Assembly (NCBI GenBank): GCA_965221695.1
Contig: OZ244905.1
Coordinates: 1,376,001 to 1,440,000, forward strand
Length of the DNA: 64,000 bases
Direction: 5' to 3'
Source: Gammaproteobacteria bacterium
Lineage (GTDB): Bacteria > Pseudomonadota > Gammaproteobacteria > Eutrophobiales > Eutrophobiaceae
The position numbers were made by a program, and so were the translations under genes. Position 1 is the first letter of the stretch; each line of letters begins with the position of its first letter. Below the pieces are notes generated by a model, which saw only the letters and a list, made by a program, of their open reading frames with translations, ran no database searches and had not been told where the DNA came from. Positions 1-9,317 of this stretch are shown piece by piece.

Positions 1-26
1 ATGGGATTATGCTGTTCAATAATCAT
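1..26 (-). CDS. higA: Probable HigA antitoxin, 5' end only (runs off window edge)
   Basis: ATG at 26-24 overlaps the toxin stop (TAATG). Reads MIIEQHNP..., resembling the HNPxHPG start of HigA proteins; directly downstream of higB. Confidence 0.6.
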
Positions 27-304
27 TAGTGATAATCCTCATAATCTACGGCATAGGCGTGACCGTCGATGAATTCAAATACGATGCGCCTGTTGCCGCT
101 TACGTTGATTGCCCACTGCCCTTTCCTGTCACCCTTGAGTGGGTGCAGGCGCCAACCGGGTATATTCATATCCTCGATTGAAAATGCAGTATGTAAAGCC
201 TGTAACCGTTCTTCAATCCGGGCTTTATGGGTTGGCAGAATACCGACCGCGCTACCCGAGGTGAAGAATTTCTCCAGTCCCTTATGCTTGAAGCTCCTGA
301 TCAT
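26..304 (-). CDS. higB: HigB/RelE-family toxin (plasmid maintenance killer type)
   Basis: MIRSFKHKGLEKFF...PGWRLHPLKGDRKGQWAINVSGN..F.F......VDYEDYH is the typical HigB pattern; start placed at MIRS (304) rather than 343. Confidence 0.9.
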   Translation of the reverse strand: MIRSFKHKGLEKFFTSGSAVGILPTHKARIEERLQALHTAFSIEDMNIPGWRLHPLKGDRKGQWAINVSGNRRIVFEFIDGHAYAVDYEDYH

Positions 305-410
305 AACGGCTTGTACTTTACACTTGCGCAAGTTGGAATTCAAGCATGGATGAGATTAATGACTGCAATTCCTTTCGCATGGCATTACAATACCCGGGCA
401 AATCCGGACT

Positions 411-953
411 ATGATGAAGCCCGCGCTATTCCTTATATTGTTCTCCGCCGCTGCCTGGGCGGCCGACGAAGTAACCGTAGAACGCGTCTCCTCGGAGGTG
501 GTCGATGGCGCTTGCTACGTGGATGCGCGCATCAATTTCAACTTGCATGAAGACCTGCTGGAGGCGCTGGACCATGGTGTGGAACTGGACGCGCGTATCA
601 TTATCAGGGTCAGGGAACAACGCAAGTGGCTCTGGGACCGGCTCTACGAGGAGGATGTCATAAAGTTCAAACTCGACCACTTGCTGCTGTCAAACGTCTA
701 CATTGTCACCGATGTCCGCAATGCCCGGCGGCGGCAGTTTGATACGTTGGAAAATGCGCTAAAATATATGGGCACGCTGGACCGATACCTGTTATTTGAG
801 AACAAGCATATCGGCGCAGGAACAAACCTGGTCGGTTCACTGAAAACCGTGTTAAATGTGAAAAACCTTCCTGAGCCGTTGAAACCTGTTGCCTCCCTGC
901 TCAACAAGTGGCAATCCGACAGCAAATGGCACAAGTGGACCATCACAGAATGA
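411..953 (+). CDS. DUF4390 domain exported protein
   Basis: Signal peptide; EALDHGVEL and LPEPLKP motifs; usual position upstream of ntrY. Confidence 0.8.
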   Translation: MMKPALFLILFSAAAWAADEVTVERVSSEVVDGACYVDARINFNLHEDLLEALDHGVELDARIIIRVREQRKWLWDRLYEEDVIKFKLDHLLLSNVYIVTDVRNARRRQFDTLENALKYMGTLDRYLLFENKHIGAGTNLVGSLKTVLNVKNLPEPLKPVASLLNKWQSDSKWHKWTITE

Positions 954-3172
954 AATCCGGGCTAAGCGGCGGACGCTGGATCCTGCTGTCGGGCGTACTG
1001 CTGTTCGCCTGCATGCTGACCTCACTGCTGATCCTAAGCCAGGCCTTGCAAAACCCGGCTCAGTTCGATGAATTCTATTCCGGCCTACTGATCTTCAACA
1101 CGCTGGGACTGCTCGCCCTGGTCATTCTGATCGGGCTGAATTTCCGCGGCCTGATCAGACAGGCGCGGAAACGTATTGCCGGCGCCCGCCTGACGGTGCG
1201 CATGGTTACCATGTTTGCAATCCTGTCGGTCACGCCGATACTCATCCTGTACTACTTCTCGCTGGATTTCCTCTACCGGGGCATCGATAGCTGGTTCGAT
1301 TTGCGCGTCGAACAAGCGCTGGAAGACTCGTTGGAATTGAGCCGGCTCGGTCTTGAGAATCGCATGAAGGAACTGCTCAGACAGTCTGAGGAAATGGCTG
1401 AAGAGATCGCGCGCACGCCTGACGCGTCGATCCCCCTCGAAGTCGACCGCCTGCGTGGCCGAAGCGGCGCTGATGAACTGACCGTGATGACGAGACAGGG
1501 AATTATTATCGGTTCCAGTTCGGCAAACCCGGACAACCTGGTACCGGAAGCGCCCGACGAGAGCGTACTGTTCCAGGTTTTGCAGGGCAACAGTTATATC
1601 GGTATGGACACCATCAGAAATGCCGGGCTGTCCTTCCGGGTTGTGGTAAACCTGCCAATTTACGGCTTCGGCGTGGGTCCGCGCATGCTGCATGCGTTGT
1701 ATCCCGTCACCGAACGGGTGAACGAACTGGCGCAAAGCGTCCAGTCGGCGTTTACCCAGTATGAGGAACTGTCTTACCTGAGAGAGCAGCTCAAACTGAG
1801 TTTTGTCCTGATCCTGACCATGGTCTTCCTGTTCAGCATGTTTTCCGCGGTATGGGCCGCGTTTTACTCCGCCAGGAGACTGGTCGCGCCGATACGTGAC
1901 CTCGCCGAAGGGACCAAATCCGTCGCAGAAGGCGACTACCATACCACGCTGCCGGTACCGGCAAATGATGAACTGGGGTTCCTGGTCGCGTCGTTCAACG
2001 ACATGACCCGCAAAATCGCCAGCGCCAGGGACGCGGCCAAACGCAGCCAGGACGAAGCGGAGACCCAGCAGAAATACCTGGAGGCGGTCCTGGAACGGCT
2101 GTCGTCAGGTGTGCTGGTACTGGATTCGGAGAGCTGCCTGCGCACCGTCAATATCAGCGGCGGCAGGATCCTCGGCCTGGATATCACCGAGATCATCGGC
2201 CATGCGTTCAGCAGCATCTGTGAGCGCTACAAACACCTGGAACAACTTCATAGCACGATCCGGTCCCACATAGACCGGAACGAGCAGGCCTGGGACCAGC
2301 AGGTAATCCTGTTCGGCGCTAGCGGCCGCCAGGTGCTGATGTGCCGGGGCACATCTGTTGTCCCCGCCCGGGAAAAAGCGCCGGTCCATATCATAGTTTT
2401 CGACGACATCACCGCGCTGCTGCAAGGGCAGCGGGACGCTGCCTGGGGCGAAATGGCGCGCCGCCTTGCGCACGAGATCAAAAACCCGCTGACGCCCATT
2501 CAACTGGCGGCGGAGAGACTGCGTCATAAATTCCTCGGGTCTTCGCCACCGGAGCGAGCGGATACCCTGGACCGGCTCACTACTACGATAATCAATCAGG
2601 TGGAAACGATGAAAGGCATGGTCAATGCTTTTTCCGACTACGCCAGAGCGCCGGTCACGTCGCCCAGGGCGGTGGACCTCAACCGCCTGCTGGAGGAAGT
2701 TGCGGACCTGTACCGGGATATGGATACCAGCGTCACGATCAGTCTCAAGCTTACCGAAGGTCATTCCACCATCAGCGCAGACCCGGAACGCCTGCGGCAG
2801 GTCTTCAATAATGTCATCAAGAACGCGCTTGATGCCCGCGTCGAGGGAAAAGATCTGTCCCTGTCAATCTCTACCGCGCGTATCAGCCAACTGGCCATGG
2901 ATTACATGGAGGTCCGCATCCGGGATACCGGCAGCGGCGTAAACGAGGATATAATGGCAACCGTATTCGAACCCTACGTAACCACCAAACAGAAAGGCAC
3001 AGGCCTGGGGCTGGCAATCGTGAAGAAAATTGTGGAAGAACATGGCGGTCTGGTAATGATCAGGAACAACATGGACGGACCCGGCGCCTGTATCATCATC
3101 AGGTTGCCGGTAACCAGGAATGAAACAGCGCCGGCGCGCGCGGCAGTTGAAAGCAGTGGCGCTTTGACATGA
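950..3172 (+). CDS. ntrY: NtrY-like sensor histidine kinase (TM, HAMP, PAS, HisKA, HATPase)
   Basis: AWGEMARRLAHEIKNPLTPIQL H-box, DTGSG, GTGLGL; ATGA overlap with the upstream stop puts the start at 950. Confidence 0.9.
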   Translation: MKSGLSGGRWILLSGVLLFACMLTSLLILSQALQNPAQFDEFYSGLLIFNTLGLLALVILIGLNFRGLIRQARKRIAGARLTVRMVTMFAILSVTPILILYYFSLDFLYRGIDSWFDLRVEQALEDSLELSRLGLENRMKELLRQSEEMAEEIARTPDASIPLEVDRLRGRSGADELTVMTRQGIIIGSSSANPDNLVPEAPDESVLFQVLQGNSYIGMDTIRNAGLSFRVVVNLPIYGFGVGPRMLHALYPVTERVNELAQSVQSAFTQYEELSYLREQLKLSFVLILTMVFLFSMFSAVWAAFYSARRLVAPIRDLAEGTKSVAEGDYHTTLPVPANDELGFLVASFNDMTRKIASARDAAKRSQDEAETQQKYLEAVLERLSSGVLVLDSESCLRTVNISGGRILGLDITEIIGHAFSSICERYKHLEQLHSTIRSHIDRNEQAWDQQVILFGASGRQVLMCRGTSVVPAREKAPVHIIVFDDITALLQGQRDAAWGEMARRLAHEIKNPLTPIQLAAERLRHKFLGSSPPERADTLDRLTTTIINQVETMKGMVNAFSDYARAPVTSPRAVDLNRLLEEVADLYRDMDTSVTISLKLTEGHSTISADPERLRQVFNNVIKNALDARVEGKDLSLSISTARISQLAMDYMEVRIRDTGSGVNEDIMATVFEPYVTTKQKGTGLGLAIVKKIVEEHGGLVMIRNNMDGPGACIIIRLPVTRNETAPARAAVESSGALT

Positions 3173-4527
3173 ACCCCGGCGAAAAAATACTTGTCGTTGA
3201 TGATGAGGCAGAGATCAGGAACCTGATCCGGGAGATCCTTGAAGACGAGGGATTCGAGGTTGCGACTGCGGATAACGGCGCCGGCGCGCGGGCGCTGCTG
3301 GAACAGTTTCGGCCCAGGCTGGTGCTGCTGGATATCTGGATGCCGGACATGGATGGCATTACCCTGTTGAAGGAATGGCATGAGTCAGGCAAGCTGACCC
3401 ATCCCGTCATCATGATGTCCGGGCACGGGAACATTGGCACTGCGGTCGAGGCCACGCGGCTCGGCGCTTACGATTACCTGGAAAAACCCCTGTCCATGGC
3501 CAAGTTGACCCTGACGATAAAAAATGCGCTGGACGCATCCAGGTTGCGCAGGGAAAATCTGAGGCTGCGCAGACACTCGCAGGAGCCGCACCGTGTTATC
3601 GGCAAAAGCAAGCCGATGACAAAACTGCGCGCACAGTTGAACAAGGTTGCCGGCTTGGATACCCCGATACTGATCATCGGCGAACCCGGCACGGACAAAG
3701 AGGCCGTCGCCCGCCACTTGCATGCAGCCAGCGCGCGCAAGGACAAATCCTTTGTCACCATGACCGTACCGGTCAAGGATCAAGAATCCGTGATCAACGA
3801 GTTGTATGGCGAACAGACCGGGACCGGGACCCAGGGCGGCTTCTTAGATGAGGCTGAAGGAGGAACACTGTTCATCAAGGATATTGCCGATATGAACCTC
3901 GCAACGCAGGCGCGCCTGCAAGACACACTGAAGAGCCAGACCTACAAACGAGTCAACGGCGCCGCAACGATCCCGCTTAATACCAGGATCATCGCTGCCA
4001 CCCGCTACAACCTTGCCGACCGGGTTAAGGACGCGGCGTTCATGGACGAACTTTTTTTCCAATTGAACGTGCTGCCGATAAGCGTGCCGCCGCTCAGGGA
4101 ACACTATGAAGATGTGCCCGATATCCTGGAATATTTCGTCACCTGGTTTATCGAGCGGGAAGGGTTGCCATACCGGTCCTTTTCCACTGCGGCGCAAAAC
4201 AGGCTGCGCCGCTATCCCTGGCCCGGAAATACCCGGGAGTTAAAAAATCTTGTGCAAAGAATGCTGATAACGGGCGGAGCTGCGACCATCGACCTGGATG
4301 AAGTTGAGGCGGCGTTGGGAGATGCGCCGGCAAGAAGAGACACCGAAAGTGTGAAAAACCTGGACCTCCCGTTGCGCCAGGCGCGGGAAAACTTTGAGCG
4401 CGACTACCTGGAATACCAGTTGAAACTGGCCAATGGCAGCGTCAGCAAAATGGCCAGGAACGTACACATGGAACGCACCCATCTATACAGGAAGCTTAAG
4501 GCTCTGGGCATCAACATAAAATCGTGA
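3169..4527 (+). CDS. ntrX: NtrX-like response regulator (REC, degenerate AAA+, Fis-type HTH)
   Basis: LLDIWMP receiver, WPGNTREL, MERTHLYRKLK HTH; coupled to ntrY by ATGA. Confidence 0.9.
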   Translation: MNPGEKILVVDDEAEIRNLIREILEDEGFEVATADNGAGARALLEQFRPRLVLLDIWMPDMDGITLLKEWHESGKLTHPVIMMSGHGNIGTAVEATRLGAYDYLEKPLSMAKLTLTIKNALDASRLRRENLRLRRHSQEPHRVIGKSKPMTKLRAQLNKVAGLDTPILIIGEPGTDKEAVARHLHAASARKDKSFVTMTVPVKDQESVINELYGEQTGTGTQGGFLDEAEGGTLFIKDIADMNLATQARLQDTLKSQTYKRVNGAATIPLNTRIIAATRYNLADRVKDAAFMDELFFQLNVLPISVPPLREHYEDVPDILEYFVTWFIEREGLPYRSFSTAAQNRLRRYPWPGNTRELKNLVQRMLITGGAATIDLDEVEAALGDAPARRDTESVKNLDLPLRQARENFERDYLEYQLKLANGSVSKMARNVHMERTHLYRKLKALGINIKS

Positions 4528-5897
4528 AGATCATCATTCTCGGGGCCGGACAGGTCGGTTCATCCGTAGCCGCCAATCTTTGCAGTGAGGCCAATGACAT
4601 CACCGTCATCGACCGCAACCCGGCGGTCCTGCGCAACCTGCAGGAACGGCTGGACCTGAAGACAGTAACTGGCTCAGCATCCCATCCCTCGATCCTGGAC
4701 CAGGCCGGCGCGCGCGACGCGGACATGATCATCGCAGTCACTAACAGCGATGAAACCAACATGGTGGCCTGCCAGGTTGCCTACACTGTGTTTCATACGC
4801 CGACCAAAATTGCGCGCGTACGCAACAACGAATACCTAAGCAGCGAGCGGCTGTTTGCGCTGGAGGCCATGCCGGTTGATGTCCTGATCAGCCCAGAACA
4901 GGTCGTGACAGAATATATCGCCCGCTTGATCGACTTTCCCGGCGCTCTCCAGGCGCTTGATTTCGCCTCCGGCCGTGTGCAGATGGTGGCAGTAAAAATG
5001 ACCCATGAAAGCGTGTTCGCCGGCAAAAAGATCAGTGACCTGGCCGGGCACATGCCGAAAATCGAATTTCGTATCGCTTCGATCTTTCGCGGCGGTAGGG
5101 CAATCATCCCCGACGGTGACACCGAAATCCTTGCCGATGACGAGGTGTTCATCATCGGCGCGCCAAAGCATATCAAGAACCTGTTGAAATCGGCCAAGCA
5201 GACCGAAAAACCGGCAAAGCGTATTATCATTGCCGGTGGCGGTAACATCGGCCGGCGCCTGGCAAAGCTGCTGGAAAACAGGTATCAGGTCAAGGTCATC
5301 GAACTGTCGGCTGACATTGCGCAAAAGGCCGCGGAAGAACTGAACAACGCCATCGTGCTCAATGGAGACGCCGCGGACGAGGAACTGCTGAACGAGGAAA
5401 ACATCGACAGCGCCGATGTCTTCTGCGCACTGACCAATGCTGACGAAGCCAACATCATTTCCTGCATGCTGGCAAAGCGTCTGGGCGCGCATAAGGTTAT
5501 GGCCCTGATTAACCGGGCGGCCTATGTCGACCTGGTACAAAGCGATGTCATCGATATTGCCATCTCGCCACAACAGGCGACCATCGGCAGCCTGCTCGCG
5601 CATATTCGAAAAGGCGATGTGGTCGTGGTGCATTCACTGCGGCGCGGCGCGGCGGAAGCCATCGAGGCCATCGCCCACGGCGACCGAACGACCTCCAATG
5701 TTGTCGGCAGGACCATTGAGGAAATCTCCCTGCCACCGGACACCAGCATCGGCGCGATAGTGCGGGACGATACTGTGATCATCGCCCATCACGACACGGT
5801 CATCGCATCGGAGGACCATGTCATCCTGCTGGTAGGCGACAAAAAACGCGTGCCGGAGGTGGAACGACTGTTCCAGGTCAGGATTACCTTCCTCTGA
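4524..5897 (+). CDS. trkA: Trk potassium uptake NAD-binding subunit
   Basis: MKIIILGAGQVG, second GGGNIG RCK motif, LRRGAAEAIE; 457 aa. Confidence 0.95.
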   Translation: MKIIILGAGQVGSSVAANLCSEANDITVIDRNPAVLRNLQERLDLKTVTGSASHPSILDQAGARDADMIIAVTNSDETNMVACQVAYTVFHTPTKIARVRNNEYLSSERLFALEAMPVDVLISPEQVVTEYIARLIDFPGALQALDFASGRVQMVAVKMTHESVFAGKKISDLAGHMPKIEFRIASIFRGGRAIIPDGDTEILADDEVFIIGAPKHIKNLLKSAKQTEKPAKRIIIAGGGNIGRRLAKLLENRYQVKVIELSADIAQKAAEELNNAIVLNGDAADEELLNEENIDSADVFCALTNADEANIISCMLAKRLGAHKVMALINRAAYVDLVQSDVIDIAISPQQATIGSLLAHIRKGDVVVVHSLRRGAAEAIEAIAHGDRTTSNVVGRTIEEISLPPDTSIGAIVRDDTVIIAHHDTVIASEDHVILLVGDKKRVPEVERLFQVRITFL

Positions 5898-5908
5898 CCC
5901 GCTGCACG

Positions 5909-6148
5909 TTACGGGCGAGCAATCTCTCCTATAACTTCGCCAACAGGGTAGGTTTCTCCTTCCTGTCCGATGCGTTTGAGCATCCCATCAGCGGGCGCTT
6001 CCACATCCACCGCGGTTTTTTCTATCTCCAGTGAATACAGGGGTTCTCCTTCGCTGACCTGGCTGCCATCATCTGCATACCATTCCAGAAGAACACCATT
6101 TTGCATGGACACCGCCATCTTGGGAATCCGTAAAGTTATCAGTGACAT
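5909..6148 (-). CDS. Stand-alone lipoyl/biotinyl carrier domain protein (lipoyl-like)
   Basis: 79 aa; W...DG..V.EGEPLY.LEIEKTAVDVEAPADG pattern. EIEKT resembles lipoyl ExDKA rather than biotin AMKM. Confidence 0.85.
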   Translation of the reverse strand: MSLITLRIPKMAVSMQNGVLLEWYADDGSQVSEGEPLYSLEIEKTAVDVEAPADGMLKRIGQEGETYPVGEVIGEIARP

Positions 6149-6168
6149 GAAAGTACTCTCAATATTTG

Positions 6169-8193
6169 TCAGTTTGCCATAAGTTCTGCCGCCGCGATTC
6201 TTATCTTCTCAGCGTCAGGAAAGTAATGCTGTTCAAGTTCCCGCGCAAATGGCACGGGCGCATACGCCGCGGCAACCCGGGCTACGGGCGCTTTCAGTTC
6301 ATTATGCAGGCTGCGGTGTATCAGCGCGGCCAACTCTGCGCCGAAGCCACAGAACTCCACCGCAGAATGGGCAACAACAGCTCTTCCGGTCCTGGACACC
6401 GACGCCAGGATTGCTCCATGATCCAATGGCGCCAGGGTACGCAGATCCAGCACTTCGGCGCTGATTCCATCGTCCATCAATATCGCAGCAGCGGAAAGCG
6501 CTTCGGGAACCATCCAGCCATAGCACAGGATTGTAAGATCTGAACCTGCACGTTTTACATCTGCCACTCCCAGCGGGATCCGGTAATCGCCTGCAGGCAC
6601 GGGGCCGGAATTGAAGTACAGCCGCATGCTCTCAAAGAACACACATGGGTCATCGTCATAGATACAACTGAGCAGCAGTCCTTTAGCTTCCGCCGGGGTA
6701 GAGGGATAAACCACCTTCAGTCCGGGAGTATGCGTTAACCAGCCTTCCAGAGACTGGGAGTGCTGGGCGCCAAAGCTGCCGACATTGCCTGCCGTCATAG
6801 TTCTGATTGTCAGCGGCGCGCCGGTCCGACCGCCGGACATGTAGCGCAGTTTGGCCACATGGTTGGCAAGCTGGTCCATGCACACTGCTAGAAAGTCGTT
6901 GATCATAATCTCGGCGACCGGTCTCATACCTGCCATCGAAGCCCCCAAGGCCGCGCCGACGATGGCCTGTTCCGCAATCGGCGTGGGTCGTACACGGTCG
7001 AGCCCATGTTTTGTCGATAAGCCGGCGGTGGCTTTGACAACACCGCCGGCGGGATCATGTATGTCCTCACCCAACAGGAATACACTATCATCCTGGGCCA
7101 GGGCGAAATCAAGAGTATGGTTGACCGTTGCACAGAAGTTCATTTCCTTGCTTTCCCCGCTCGGTTGCTCAGGGGTGTCCGGCGCAGCAGCAGCATGGTA
7201 CGGCACCTGCGCGGCGTCGGCGAACACGTCAATATACAACTCCTCTTGGCCAGGGGGTGAAGCAGACAACGCAAAATCTATCGCTTCATCAACCTCGGCG
7301 CGCGCATCCGCTTCCAACGCGGCCAGCGCCTGCTCATCCACCACACCGGCCTGCAGGATTCGCTGCCGAAAGTTTGGCAGCGGCGCGTGTTTGAGCGCTG
7401 TCTCCAGCGCTTCCTGGTCCATGTGGGACTCCTCACTGCCGAAAGCATGGCCTTGTAACCGATGGCATATTGCTTCGACCAGGGTTGGTCCCTCACCGGC
7501 GCGCGCCCGTTGTGCGGCGGCCGTCAGCGCGTGCATCATCGCCACGGGGTCTGTCCCGTCCACCTGCTCTCCGCGCATGGCATAGGCTTGCGCCCGGCTG
7601 GCGATGTCAGGGTTGCGCGTATACTCCGACAACGCCGTATACTCTGCATACTGGTTGTTCTGACAGATGAAAATTACCGGCAGGTTCCACAATGACGCCA
7701 GGTTAAGCGCCTCGTGAAAAGCGCCGATACTGGAGGCTCCATCACCGAAACAAACCGCGGCGACACGATCCTCGCCGCGCAGGACACCAGCCAGGGCAAG
7801 ACCATTGGCGACCGGCAGGCCGGAGCCCACTATGCCCGTTGTCATCATCAATCCCACAGCGGGGTCGGACAGGTGCATGGGGCCGCCTTTACCTTTGGAA
7901 GTACCATTCACGCGCCCGTATAATTCCGCCATGATTTCCCGCATCGGTGTGCCTTTGGCCACGATATCGTGGATACCGCGATAAGTCGTCAGCAGATAAT
8001 CCCTTTCTGTCAGCGCGATGGAAATGCCGGCGGCAATAGCCTCCTGCCCACCACAGGGATAATATTGAAACTGGATGTCTCCTGCGCTCAGTCCCCGTTT
8101 AATCGCGTCGTCTGCTGCAGCGACGCGAACCATTGTTTTGTACAATGCGACACACACTTTGTCTGCGGGGAGATCTGTTTGTTTATTTTTCAT
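6169..8193 (-). CDS. Fused E1 alpha/beta ThDP-dependent 2-oxoacid/acetoin dehydrogenase-like protein
   Basis: KGKGGPMH; GDGA...NN ThDP motif; beta half GEDI, TPIAEQAIVG, GAQHSQSLE; start set at MKNKQ (8193). Confidence 0.9.
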   Translation of the reverse strand: MKNKQTDLPADKVCVALYKTMVRVAAADDAIKRGLSAGDIQFQYYPCGGQEAIAAGISIALTERDYLLTTYRGIHDIVAKGTPMREIMAELYGRVNGTSKGKGGPMHLSDPAVGLMMTTGIVGSGLPVANGLALAGVLRGEDRVAAVCFGDGASSIGAFHEALNLASLWNLPVIFICQNNQYAEYTALSEYTRNPDIASRAQAYAMRGEQVDGTDPVAMMHALTAAAQRARAGEGPTLVEAICHRLQGHAFGSEESHMDQEALETALKHAPLPNFRQRILQAGVVDEQALAALEADARAEVDEAIDFALSASPPGQEELYIDVFADAAQVPYHAAAAPDTPEQPSGESKEMNFCATVNHTLDFALAQDDSVFLLGEDIHDPAGGVVKATAGLSTKHGLDRVRPTPIAEQAIVGAALGASMAGMRPVAEIMINDFLAVCMDQLANHVAKLRYMSGGRTGAPLTIRTMTAGNVGSFGAQHSQSLEGWLTHTPGLKVVYPSTPAEAKGLLLSCIYDDDPCVFFESMRLYFNSGPVPAGDYRIPLGVADVKRAGSDLTILCYGWMVPEALSAAAILMDDGISAEVLDLRTLAPLDHGAILASVSRTGRAVVAHSAVEFCGFGAELAALIHRSLHNELKAPVARVAAAYAPVPFARELEQHYFPDAEKIRIAAAELMAN

Positions 8194-8215
8194 GATCGTA
8201 ATATTTCTATTTGAT

Positions 8216-9043
8216 TTACAATGCGCGGGAAAAGTCTGCTGTTTCAACCCGCCGACTCATGGCTCGCTTCCTATAGCCGCCTACCACTGATTTAATCAGC
8301 TTTACAATTTCCGTTTCCATTTTACGGATACGCGTTGCCAGCCCGCCGACCGCAATAATCAGATTATTTTCCATGGGTTCATCGTGTAGCGGCATTGCTA
8401 TCGCGCCGGTGTCGGGCAGCACCCGGTTATAGAAATTGGCATAACCCAACTGTCTCACACTGGCCACCTCGCGGCGCATGCGAGCCTGGTCTTGCTCGTC
8501 CACAGCCCGGCCCTCATCCAAACCTTTATAACGTCTGTATAAATCATTGATAGCCGGATTGGATAACGTAGACAGGTAGGCAGCGCCAACTGAAGTGCCG
8601 AAAATCGGCGCCAAAAATCCCCTGGCAATGATAAGCGATATCGGAAATTTTCCGGGCAGCACTTTTACGAATTGCATGTTGCTTCCGTTACGCATGGACA
8701 GGGTAACGGTTTCACCCGTCGTTTCATGTAACTGCTCCAGCAGGTTGTCGACTTCGCGCTTGTCTATCAGCGCATGCGACACCCAGTCACTCAGATAAGC
8801 CACCCTGAATGACGGGAAATATTTCAGGGTATCCAAATCAATCGTCAGGTAACCCAATGCAACCAGACTCTTCAAAATAGCGTTCGTGCTTGATTTTGGA
8901 TAATCCAGCCGGCGTGAGATATCCATGCCTGTTAATGGAACCTTCATGGAGGAAAACAGCTCCAGAATTTCCATTACCCGTGCCGCCGACTTTACCAGGC
9001 CGTCTTCACGTTTTTGCCCTGTTCTACTTTCTACCGTAATAAT
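8216..9043 (-). CDS. IclR family transcriptional regulator (start uncertain)
   Basis: VKSAARVMEILELF...PKSSTNAILKSL..LGYL HTH, TGETVTL, TSVG; the frame stays open upstream of ATG 8974 to a possible ATT at 9043. Confidence 0.85.
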   Translation of the reverse strand: MITVESRTGQKREDGLVKSAARVMEILELFSSMKVPLTGMDISRRLDYPKSSTNAILKSLVALGYLTIDLDTLKYFPSFRVAYLSDWVSHALIDKREVDNLLEQLHETTGETVTLSMRNGSNMQFVKVLPGKFPISLIIARGFLAPIFGTSVGAAYLSTLSNPAINDLYRRYKGLDEGRAVDEQDQARMRREVASVRQLGYANFYNRVLPDTGAIAMPLHDEPMENNLIIAVGGLATRIRKMETEIVKLIKSVVGGYRKRAMSRRVETADFSRAL

Positions 9044-9065
9044 GGTGAATTCCTCACGAAATAGT

Positions 9066-9081
9066 GTTCACGAATATGAAC
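9066..9081. promoter_or_regulatory. Candidate IclR operator palindrome GTTCA-N6-TGAAC
   Basis: gttcacgaatatgaac between the divergent IclR and TonB receptor genes. Confidence 0.45.
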
Positions 9082-9161
9082 CTGCATTGCATATATATGT
9101 AAACTAGCATAAGCTGTCTTCTGATTAAAGTCAAGAAGCGCTTAAACCAAGCACTTAAACT

Positions 9162-9270
9162 AAGGAACTTTTAATTGAGCCGGTAATTGAGCCGGAGTAT
9201 CTCTGACAAGTCTTGGATAGACATGTTCGGAACTCCCTTAATTTCAGGTTCCTATCGTAGAGAGATGTTC
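9162..9270. repeat. Decayed copy of the five-hairpin element
   Basis: ctctgacaagtcttggatagacatgttcggaactccc (9201-9237) versus ctctgacaagtccaggatggacttgttcagagtttccc at 60711-60748; flanking ctaaggaac and caggttccta. Confidence 0.6.
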
Positions 9271-9317
9271 CGTTAACCTGTCTCTGATGAGGAGGAAACA
9301 TCCAGGGGTATAAAGCC

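Noticed and set aside
26-304. HigB inactivated by SGNRR in place of the common SGNWR
   Set aside because: A single substitution with an intact frame and C-terminal DYH; not enough to call a pseudogene.
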